A stretch of DNA of 62,998 bases from an uncultured Erysipelotrichaceae bacterium (GTDB taxonomy: Bacteria > Bacillota_I > Bacilli_A > RFN20 > CAG-826). Each line of letters starts with the position of its first letter. The first letter of the stretch is position 1. Under the pieces are notes generated by a model. The model searched no databases. It saw only the letters and a list, made by a program, of their open reading frames with translations, and was not told where the DNA came from. The translations under genes were made by a program, and so were the position numbers. This document shows positions 40,212 through 47,856 of the stretch, one piece after another. The DNA is taken from contig CACXNV010000003.1 of the NCBI GenBank assembly GCA_902769185.1, positions 1-62,998 of the forward strand. The letters run 5' to 3'.

Positions 40212-42086
40212 ATGGACTATCAAGTGATTGTTGTTGGTGGTGGACATGCTGGCTTAGAAGCGGCTTTTGCTAGTGCTCATATGGGCATGAAAACACTTTT
40301 AGTATCCATTAATATCAAGATGATGGGTAATATGCCTTGTAATCCTTCTATTGGAGGATCTGCAAAAGGAATAGTGGTTCGTGAGATTGACGCGCTAGGT
40401 GGAATGATGGGAATTGCAGCCGATCATCACTATTTACAAATGAAAATGCTTAATACTGGAAAAGGCCCAGGAGTGCAGTGTTTAAGAGCCCAACAAGATA
40501 AGCTCGAATATCCAAAATTCCTGCAGGAGGCCGCCTTAAATTGTAAAAATCTCACTGTTGTTGAAGGAATTGTAAATGAATTAATTCACGATGATAGTCG
40601 TGTTTTTGGAGTTAAGTTAACTGATGGAAGAAGCTATACTTCTGAAGCAGTTATTTTAAGTACAGGAACATATATGGAATCTTATATCTTTAGAGGCCAT
40701 AAAAAGATTCAACAAGGTCCAGATGGAGAAAAGCCTTCTTTAGGTTTATCACCATATTTAAGAAAGATGGGTATAGAAACTTATCGTCTTAAAACAGGTA
40801 CTCCTCCTAGAATTAAAAAAGACTCAATAGATTTTTCCAAAGCAAAATTAGAACCTGGCACTAAAGGACATTTAGCCTTTTCATATACCACAAAGGAATT
40901 TATTCCTTTAGAAGAACAAGAACCATGTTATTTGATATACACTAATCAAACTACTCATAACATCATTAAAGAACATTTAGATGAAACTGCTTTATATAGT
41001 GGAAATATTGTAGGAGTGGGTCCGAGATATTGTCCGTCTATTGAATCTAAAATCATGACTTTTAAGGATAAAGAAAGACATCAATTATTCTTAGAACCTG
41101 AATCTAGATATACTGACTCAATTTATTTACAAGGCTTCTCTACTAGTATGAGCGAAGAAGTGCAAGAGTTGATGGTGAGATCTTTACCAGGATTTGAAAA
41201 CGCAGTATTTCTTAAATACGCTTATGCGATTGAATATGATGCGATTAAAACTACAGAATATGGTCCAACTCTTGAATTAAAGAAGTGGCCAGGATTATAT
41301 ATTGCTGGTCAAATATGCGGCACATCTGGCTATGAAGAAGCAGCTGGACTTGGTTTATTAGCGGGTATTAATGCTTCTTTAAAAATTCAAGGAAAAGAGC
41401 CACTTATTTTAAGAAGAGATCAATCCTATATTGGAGTGATGATTGATGATTTAGTCACTAAAGGAACTGAAGAACCTTATAGGTTACTTTCTTCTAGAGC
41501 GGAGTTCCGCCTTTTACTTAGACACGATAATGCAGATTTAAGATTAACAGATATAGGTCATCAAATTGGTTTGATATCTGAAGATAGATATAAGTACTTC
41601 TTAAAGAAGAAACAAAATATTAAAGAAGTATGTGAAATATTAGAGTCAACTTATTTAGGTAAAAGAAAAGATGTTGAAGAATATATTATGTCTTTAGGCT
41701 TTAATGAACTTAAAGGTGGGATATTAGCCTCTGAGTTACTTAAACGTCCAGGAGTGGAATATACTAAACTCGCTCAATTTATTCCTGAATTAGATAAATA
41801 TGATTTAGATGAACAAACTATTGAAGAGATAGAAATCATTGAAAAATATGAAGGCTATATTGTTAAACAAAAACGTGATGCAGAAAATCATCAAAAGTTA
41901 GAAGAACTAAAAATACCTAGTGATATTGATTATATCAATATGTCTGGAATTAGATTAGAAGCTAGAGAAAAACTAAATAAAATTAGACCTCTTACTGTTG
42001 GTCAGGCTAGTAGAATCGCTGGAGTTAATCCTAGTGATATCTCTATGTTAATATTAAATATAAAGAAGATTCTTAATCATGACTAA
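40212..42086 (+). CDS. mnmG: tRNA U34 modification enzyme MnmG (GidA)
   Basis: GGGHAG, CNPSIGG, KTGTPPR, GPRYCPSIE, GTSGYEEA; start could be GTG 40200. Confidence 0.97.
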   Translation: MDYQVIVVGGGHAGLEAAFASAHMGMKTLLVSINIKMMGNMPCNPSIGGSAKGIVVREIDALGGMMGIAADHHYLQMKMLNTGKGPGVQCLRAQQDKLEYPKFLQEAALNCKNLTVVEGIVNELIHDDSRVFGVKLTDGRSYTSEAVILSTGTYMESYIFRGHKKIQQGPDGEKPSLGLSPYLRKMGIETYRLKTGTPPRIKKDSIDFSKAKLEPGTKGHLAFSYTTKEFIPLEEQEPCYLIYTNQTTHNIIKEHLDETALYSGNIVGVGPRYCPSIESKIMTFKDKERHQLFLEPESRYTDSIYLQGFSTSMSEEVQELMVRSLPGFENAVFLKYAYAIEYDAIKTTEYGPTLELKKWPGLYIAGQICGTSGYEEAAGLGLLAGINASLKIQGKEPLILRRDQSYIGVMIDDLVTKGTEEPYRLLSSRAEFRLLLRHDNADLRLTDIGHQIGLISEDRYKYFLKKKQNIKEVCEILESTYLGKRKDVEEYIMSLGFNELKGGILASELLKRPGVEYTKLAQFIPELDKYDLDEQTIEEIEIIEKYEGYIVKQKRDAENHQKLEELKIPSDIDYINMSGIRLEAREKLNKIRPLTVGQASRIAGVNPSDISMLILNIKKILNHD

Positions 42087-42765
42087 GCAAGAATTAGTAA
42101 TGGAACTAGATAAACTAAATTTAGATTCCTCTAAAGTAGATAAGTTAGAAGAATATATGTTAGCGACTTTAAAAGTTAATGAGTCTTTTAATTTAACTGC
42201 AATTAAAGAAGAGAATAAATTTAGAGAACTCATGATTTTAGATAGTGCTTATCCACTTAAATATTTTGATTTCACTAATAAAAAAGTTATTGATATAGGT
42301 ACTGGGGCTGGCTATCCAGGAATGGTGCTTGCAACTTTATCTAAAGGAGAATTTACTTTATTAGATTCTACTAAAAAGAAGATTGATTTCATAAGCAATT
42401 ACGCGACGGAGCACGGCTATTTTAATGTAAAAACTGTTATTGATCGGGCTGAAAACTACGCTAAAAAACATAGAGAAGAATTTGACTTTGCAGTCGCTCG
42501 CGCTGTATCGGAATTACCTATTTTAATTGAATTAATTATTCCTCTACTTAAAGTTGGAGGATGTTTCATTGCTTTAAAAGGATCTAAAGGTTTAGAAGAA
42601 TTAAATAAATCTAAAAAAGTATTATCTAATCTAGGCGCGGAAGTGGAACTTATTGATGAATATGAACTTCCTGAATCGAAAGAAAAAAGAATTAATATCG
42701 TCATTAAAAAAATAAAGAAAACCAATCTTAAATATCCTCGTCCTTATAATGAGATAATTAAATAA
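42079..42765 (+). CDS. rsmG: 16S rRNA m7G527 methyltransferase RsmG (GidB)
   Basis: NLTAI, DIGTGAGYPG, ARAV, KYPR. Confidence 0.96.
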   Translation: MTKQELVMELDKLNLDSSKVDKLEEYMLATLKVNESFNLTAIKEENKFRELMILDSAYPLKYFDFTNKKVIDIGTGAGYPGMVLATLSKGEFTLLDSTKKKIDFISNYATEHGYFNVKTVIDRAENYAKKHREEFDFAVARAVSELPILIELIIPLLKVGGCFIALKGSKGLEELNKSKKVLSNLGAEVELIDEYELPESKEKRINIVIKKIKKTNLKYPRPYNEIIK

Positions 42766-42770
42766 TTAAC

Positions 42771-42813
42771 AAAGTTAACATCTATGATATTGACAAAAGT
42801 TGTTAACTTTTTT
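42771..42813 (+). repeat. Palindromic ~39-bp element, copy 1 (terminator-like; contains TTGACA)
   Basis: AAAGTTAACA-tctatgatattgacaaaagt-TGTTAACTTT then Ts; recurs at 44130-44168. Confidence 0.85.
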
Positions 42814-42824
42814 AATATAATTTT

Positions 42825-44126
42825 ATGAAAACTTTTGAAAGTGTATTAAATGAATATAACTCTCTTCCTAGCGGTAATGTTTATATAAAAGTTATTAAGG
42901 GAAATACTTATTTTTATTATCAATTTTCTGATAATGGAAAAAAGATTACAAAATATATTTCTAAAGATGAATATGATGATCTATTAATTAAAATCAATCA
43001 TAAAAAAGAATTGTCTAAATTCATTAAAGAAAATCTTAAAGATGAGAATCGTTCTTTATTTTTATCTAATTCCGCTAGAAATCTAACTGGGTATCTCATG
43101 TTGGAAGATAAAATTATTGGGGAATTTGAAAATGGACAATTGATTAAAGGAAATGAAAAACTATTACCTTTAATTATTAAAAGAACTAAACAATTAAATA
43201 AGTTTTTACAAACTAGAGTAATTGACACTAGTAGAACCAACGCCCGTTTATTAAAAAAAGCGCTTAATATCCATGAAGAAAACGATGAATTATTATCAAT
43301 TTATTCTTATGCGGTGAGCATAACTGATAATTATTGGTTTAAGCCAAAAAAATCAAAACTTAAATATAAAGATGTACAGTTTAAAAATGATGTCTTATTT
43401 GATGTTTCTTTAAAAGGAAGTTTATCTTATTTTCCTAGAAAGGTTGTCTTGTCGCCTGAATTAACTACCGGCGGAAGCTTTGAAAAAGGATGGAAAAGAA
43501 TTGATAATGAGTGGTGGTTATATAAAGTTGGAACTGATAATGAGAAATTTTCAGAACTCTTTTACGCAACTTTGTTAGAGGAGTTAAATATTCCAACTGC
43601 TCATTATGAACTAGATGATAAATATATAAGAAGTAAGAATTTCGCAGTTGGTTATAATTACGAACCAATGTATTCACTTATGGATGATAATGATGATTAT
43701 AACGATGTTTTAACTGAGCTAATGAAAATTAGTAAAGATATCGCTAGACAATACATGGTTCTAATTTATTTTGATGCATTACTTAATAATGTTGATCGAC
43801 ATAACGAGAACTATGGGCTTTTAAAGGATAAAAAAACTGGATCTATAATTTCTTTAGCGCCTAATTTTGATAACAATTTATGTCTTATAAGTAGAAATGA
43901 GATTTTAAATTGCTCTATCAAAGAAGGATTTTTATCTTATTTTCTTAAATTCTTAAAATCCAATCAGTTAGCTAAAGATTTATTAAAAGAATCAAATCTT
44001 CCTAGAATCAATGAAAGCATCTTAAATAAATGTTTTAACAAAATATCTATTAAAGTTAATGAAAAGATGATTAGAGAGTTTATTTTATCAAGACAAAAAT
44101 ATTTGTTTGATGAAATATTTAAATAA
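42825..44126 (+). CDS. HipA/CtkA-like Ser/Thr kinase with an extra N-terminal domain
   Basis: TTGGSFEKGW, WLYK, SELF, FDALLNNVDRHNENYG, LAPNFDN. Confidence 0.8.
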   Translation: MKTFESVLNEYNSLPSGNVYIKVIKGNTYFYYQFSDNGKKITKYISKDEYDDLLIKINHKKELSKFIKENLKDENRSLFLSNSARNLTGYLMLEDKIIGEFENGQLIKGNEKLLPLIIKRTKQLNKFLQTRVIDTSRTNARLLKKALNIHEENDELLSIYSYAVSITDNYWFKPKKSKLKYKDVQFKNDVLFDVSLKGSLSYFPRKVVLSPELTTGGSFEKGWKRIDNEWWLYKVGTDNEKFSELFYATLLEELNIPTAHYELDDKYIRSKNFAVGYNYEPMYSLMDDNDDYNDVLTELMKISKDIARQYMVLIYFDALLNNVDRHNENYGLLKDKKTGSIISLAPNFDNNLCLISRNEILNCSIKEGFLSYFLKFLKSNQLAKDLLKESNLPRINESILNKCFNKISIKVNEKMIREFILSRQKYLFDEIFK

Positions 44127-44129
44127 AAT

Positions 44130-44168
44130 TTAACAACTATGATATTTGCAAAAGTTGTTAACTTTTTT
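44130..44168 (+). repeat. Palindromic ~39-bp element, copy 2
   Basis: TTAACAACT-atgatatttgcaaa-AGTTGTTAA then CTTTTTT; 3 mismatches to copy 1. Confidence 0.85.
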
Positions 44169-44178
44169 ATCGTATTTA

Positions 44179-44207
44179 TTGATATCTATTTTATTAATAC
44201 TTAAAAT
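44179..44207 (+). promoter_or_regulatory. sigma-A promoter of the riboswitch-ribU unit
   Basis: TTGATA, 17 bp, TAAAAT, just upstream of the aptamer. Confidence 0.65.
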
Positions 44208-44210
44208 GTA

Positions 44211-44320
44211 ATTACTTCAGGGCAGCGAATTAACGCGACCGGCGGTATACCCCGCAAGCTAAATAGCATGAACTAGTGAAATTCTAGTGGCGACAGTAAA
44301 GTCTGGATGAGAGAAGTATA
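44211..44320 (+). ncRNA. FMN (RFN) riboswitch aptamer, divergent
   Basis: CTTCAGGGCAG...GACCGGCGGT...GTGAAATTC...CGACAGTAAAGTCTGGATGAGAGAAG; P1 TACTTC/GAAGTA; upstream of ribU. Confidence 0.9.
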
Positions 44321-44341
44321 TAGAATCTATTTTCTATTATG

Positions 44342-44369
44342 TAGCCCCTGAAGTAGAGGGCTATTTTTT
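44342..44369 (+). terminator. Riboswitch expression-platform terminator
   Basis: TAGCCC...GGGCTA plus T6; contains CCCTGAAGTA, complementary to the aptamer 5' strand TACTTCAGGG. Confidence 0.8.
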
Positions 44370-45125
44370 ATGGATTCAAATGAGTTAAAAGCTTTTATGG
44401 GCTGGTTTAAATGGGTATTATTCGCTCTAATGATAGTGGCGGTAATCCTTTTGGTGTTCTTTTCTATTAGAAGTTTTAAAAAGAAAAAAGTTAATCCTAG
44501 TAAGTTTATCGCTGTAACAGGTATATTTGCGGCATTGTCCGTTCTTTTATATGTTGTTATACCAGATTTTGGATTAGGATTTACTCCATTTTGGTTAAAG
44601 GTTCATCTAGATGAAATTCCAATGTTTTTAGCAGGTTATATGTATGGACCGTTATCCGCGATTATGATTAATCTAACTAAAACGCTTATTAAGTTACCAA
44701 TGTCTTCAACGGCATGTGTCGGAGAAATTGGAGACTTCATCTTCTCTTTAATTTTTGTGATACCTGCAGTGATTCTCTACGAGAAAAGAAGAAAACTATC
44801 ATCAGTATTTATTGGAACTGGAATATCTACGGCAGCCCATATCATTTTCGCGATGATCTTTAATGTTTATGTTATGGTCCCATTCTTCTCTTATTTTTAT
44901 AATTATCCTTTAGAAGGATTAGAGAAAGCATGTTCTGCAATTATTCCTGCAGTGAGTGGAGAGAATTGGATTTGGATGTACGCTCTTATCATGGTTGCGC
45001 CTATGAACTTAATTAAGGATGCGATAGTGTTCTTAGTTGTCCTTCTTTTATATAAAAGGCTACATATCCTTATTAATAGAATTGGCTCTAGGAACGATAA
45101 TTCGATACCAAAAGAGCAAAATTAG
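44370..45125 (+). CDS. ribU: ECF transporter S component, riboflavin (RibU-like)
   Basis: WLKVHLDEIP, VGEIGDF, PMNLIK; under FMN riboswitch control. Confidence 0.8.
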   Translation: MDSNELKAFMGWFKWVLFALMIVAVILLVFFSIRSFKKKKVNPSKFIAVTGIFAALSVLLYVVIPDFGLGFTPFWLKVHLDEIPMFLAGYMYGPLSAIMINLTKTLIKLPMSSTACVGEIGDFIFSLIFVIPAVILYEKRRKLSSVFIGTGISTAAHIIFAMIFNVYVMVPFFSYFYNYPLEGLEKACSAIIPAVSGENWIWMYALIMVAPMNLIKDAIVFLVVLLLYKRLHILINRIGSRNDNSIPKEQN

Positions 45126-45272
45126 TAATAGGGCATTGGGCTTTAATATGCCTTGATTTCTCTTTTTTGTAAAACGTTGCTTATTTTGTTTACAAAAAAT
45201 CATAACTATGTTTCAATAAACTTACCGGTTGATATACCTGTCTTAATTGATGTGAGTTCGATACCGGTTTTT

Positions 45273-46187
45273 TTATGAAGTTTTATCAACTAGTTCTAAT
45301 AATATATTTATGATTTCCTTGTTCTCATTTTTAATTATATTAAACATTTTTTTGCCAATATAATTTAAAGACGCGCCTAGTTGAAAGCATTCTTCATTAT
45401 CAATAATTAAATATCTATCATGGTTATCATCCAGATGCTTGACATCAATCTTTCCATATTGTAATTCAAATTTTTCTATTTCATCTGTATCTAATTTTGA
45501 TAATTTGCTTATACAAACTGTAAGATGGGCTGTTTCGTTTTTATTTTTTAAGAAAACAAACGCTCTAGAATCACAATATGGATCGATTAAAATAATTGAG
45601 CTGTTTGCTTTTCTAATAATCTCAGATATAAATTCATACGCATCATAAAATTGTCCAGCAAAAAAGAGAGCCTGTTTCGGCAAATCAACTTTGCTTATGA
45701 GTTTTAGAATCTCATCAAATTTATTGTTTGTTTCATTTTCGAATTCAATTTGTCTATTTTGAAGTTTTGCAAGTGTAAACAAAGCGTCGCCATTTTCTAA
45801 AATTAATTTCCGCATTTGAATAAACTTTCTAGCGATTTCGACACTCATTTTATTTGCATTGTCGCTTTTTAATACTCCAGCAAGAGCGATAATACCTTCT
45901 TCTGTATAAACATAAGGATTATATCTTCTTTTAGAAGATAAAAATTTTGCTGTGCCAATTTGGCATCGCAAATAATTAATATCTTTGTTTTGCAGCTGGA
46001 AACAAAAATCGTCAGGAAATCTTTCTTTGTTTCTTCTCATTTGCCTATTCATTATTGAAACTGTAGTTCCAAAAAAGAAAGCAATATCACTATCTATCAT
46101 TACTTGTCGCCCTCTTATGTTATATATACAATCTTCTATATTTTTGTTTTCGATTGAATTCAACATTAATAATTGGTTTTTATCCAT
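45273..46187 (-). CDS. ORF6N DNA-binding domain protein with C-terminal PLD-like domain
   Basis: IRGRQVMIDSD, RNKERFPDDFCFQL, PYVYTEEGI; IILIDPY, HDRYLIID, LGASLN. Confidence 0.8.
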   Translation of the reverse strand: MDKNQLLMLNSIENKNIEDCIYNIRGRQVMIDSDIAFFFGTTVSIMNRQMRRNKERFPDDFCFQLQNKDINYLRCQIGTAKFLSSKRRYNPYVYTEEGIIALAGVLKSDNANKMSVEIARKFIQMRKLILENGDALFTLAKLQNRQIEFENETNNKFDEILKLISKVDLPKQALFFAGQFYDAYEFISEIIRKANSSIILIDPYCDSRAFVFLKNKNETAHLTVCISKLSKLDTDEIEKFELQYGKIDVKHLDDNHDRYLIIDNEECFQLGASLNYIGKKMFNIIKNENKEIINILLELVDKTS

Positions 46188-46308
46188 TTTTGTCTCCTTT
46201 TACGTCTTTTGCTAATAAAGCCCTACATTATATAAAGAGTGGTTTTTTTCGAAAATTTGTGAAAAAAAGTTTCTGAGATGGTCTCAAAAACTTCATTATG
46301 CAAAGCAT

Positions 46309-46342
46309 AAAAAAACCAGATTATTTTATTAACCTGGTTTTT
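46309..46342 (-). terminator. Terminator of the ferredoxin gene
   Basis: AAAAACCAG...CTGGTTTTT. Confidence 0.6.
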
Positions 46343-46350
46343 CTATATCA

Positions 46351-46530
46351 TTACTCTTCTACAGAGATTGCACCAACTGGGCAGACACTAACGGCGTCTT
46401 CTTCGCCTTCTCCAGAAACAACTTCTGCTAATCCGCTATCGCCGATTGCAAAATCATCTGGGTATGTACCTGCGCAACATCCGCAACCGATGCAAAGACT
46501 TTGATCGATTCTGACTTTCTTTTTCGCCAT
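46351..46530 (-). CDS. Monocluster [4Fe-4S] ferredoxin, 59 aa (MAKKKVRIDQSLCIGCGCCAGTYPDDF...VCPVGAISVEE)
   Basis: CxxCxxC...CP motif, SD AGGAGGT, own terminator; missing from the ORF track. Confidence 0.92.
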   Translation of the reverse strand: MAKKKVRIDQSLCIGCGCCAGTYPDDFAIGDSGLAEVVSGEGEEDAVSVCPVGAISVEE

Positions 46531-46619
46531 TGATATTTACCTCCTAGGTTTTGTTAGGATTATTATACTATTGCCTAATTTATTTTGCTAATTATTATTA
46601 AAGAGTTTATCATTTACGC

Positions 46620-47282
46620 ATGAACGTTGCGCTTATTGTCTTTGCAGGAAGTGGTAGTAGAATCCACTCCGACATCCCAAAACAATTCATTAAAATTAAG
46701 GATATTGATTTAGTCGTTTATGCGATTAAGAAGTTCAATGATAACCCGCATATTGATGAGGTTAATTTAGTAACTTCTAAGGAATATATTCCTTATGTTG
46801 AGTGTTTTAAAGAGAAATATAATCTAGATAAAATCAATAAAGTGATCGTCGGTGGAGAGACTAGACAAGAGTCTGTTAGATTAGGTTTAGAGGCTCTTGA
46901 TTTAGACGAAAAAGATAACGTCTTAATTCATGATGGAGATCGTCCTTTAGTGAGCCACGCGATTATTAATCAAGCAATAGATTATTTAGATGAGTTTGAG
47001 GTTAGTTGTCCTTTTATTTCTATAGAAGATAGAATTCCTGAAATTTCTAATTCTGGAAGAAAATATAAGTTAAATGGAGTGGAAGTGGATATCCAAACAC
47101 CTCAATGTTTTAGATTTGGACTTATTAAAGATAAACACATTTTAAAACAAGATATACAGGTTAATGACGATATTTCTTTAGTGGATCCAGCTTTAGTGAA
47201 ATTTTATCCTGGAGATAGATTAAATTTTAAAGTCACCACTGATGAAGATTTAAAATATTTAAAAAATTATTTAGAAAACTAA
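46620..47282 (+). CDS. ispD: IspD/TarI-family cytidylyltransferase
   Basis: AGSGSR, IPKQF, GGETRQES, HDGDRP, QTPQ, NFKVTT; exact substrate uncertain. Confidence 0.78.
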   Translation: MNVALIVFAGSGSRIHSDIPKQFIKIKDIDLVVYAIKKFNDNPHIDEVNLVTSKEYIPYVECFKEKYNLDKINKVIVGGETRQESVRLGLEALDLDEKDNVLIHDGDRPLVSHAIINQAIDYLDEFEVSCPFISIEDRIPEISNSGRKYKLNGVEVDIQTPQCFRFGLIKDKHILKQDIQVNDDISLVDPALVKFYPGDRLNFKVTTDEDLKYLKNYLEN

Positions 47283-47283
47283 T

Positions 47284-47712
47284 ATGAGTAAGTTTATTTT
47301 AAGCGTTAAAAAACACTATAAGGCATTTATAATCTATGGGTTAATTGACATAGTTATTGGCATATCAATTTTCTTAGTTTTTTATTTTGCTATAAATGTT
47401 AAAACATTTATTGGTGCGATTGATGGCGTAGGTGTTGCTGGGGCTATTTTATTAGCGGCATTCATCTTTGTCTGGTTAAGTAGAAATGGTGCTTTTGATA
47501 CAATGAGTTATGGCTTTTCTCAATTATTTTCTTCAATGTTTGGAAAAAAGGCGAACAAATATAACGATTTTGCCGGTTATAAAGAAAACAAAAACACCAA
47601 AAGAGAAGCCGCAAGCTATGCATATTTTATGCATTTATTCGTTTCATTATTATTTTTTATCGCATTTGCGGTATTGGAAATTATCTATCACACCGTTCCT
47701 CTTTTTGCTTAA
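47284..47712 (+). CDS. Three-TM membrane protein (DUF3899-like)
   Basis: GAFDTMSYGF motif after TM2; lies next to the opp cluster. Confidence 0.6.
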   Translation: MSKFILSVKKHYKAFIIYGLIDIVIGISIFLVFYFAINVKTFIGAIDGVGVAGAILLAAFIFVWLSRNGAFDTMSYGFSQLFSSMFGKKANKYNDFAGYKENKNTKREAASYAYFMHLFVSLLFFIAFAVLEIIYHTVPLFA

Positions 47713-47856
47713 TTTTTGAGTGATTTTTTAATAGTTTTTGTCTCTTTTAAGCTTTTCTTTTAATGAAAAGTGGTTGCTTTTCTTTTTCACTATAGTATAT
47801 AGTAATACACAAACATTATTACGTGCCCTATGTGGACACGAGAAAGGAAGGTATAC

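Noticed and set aside
42771-44168. Repeats as XerCD dif/pdif or integron attC sites
   Set aside because: The geometry (9-10 bp arms, 14-20 bp centre, T-tail) does not fit 11-6-11 dif or attC and looks like a terminator.
45250-45272. GTGAGTTCGATACC as a tRNA T-arm remnant
   Set aside because: No T-stem complement or CCA end; too short to support.
46298-46504. 68-aa plus-strand ORF
   Set aside because: It is the antisense shadow of the ferredoxin, which has the SD, motif and terminator.
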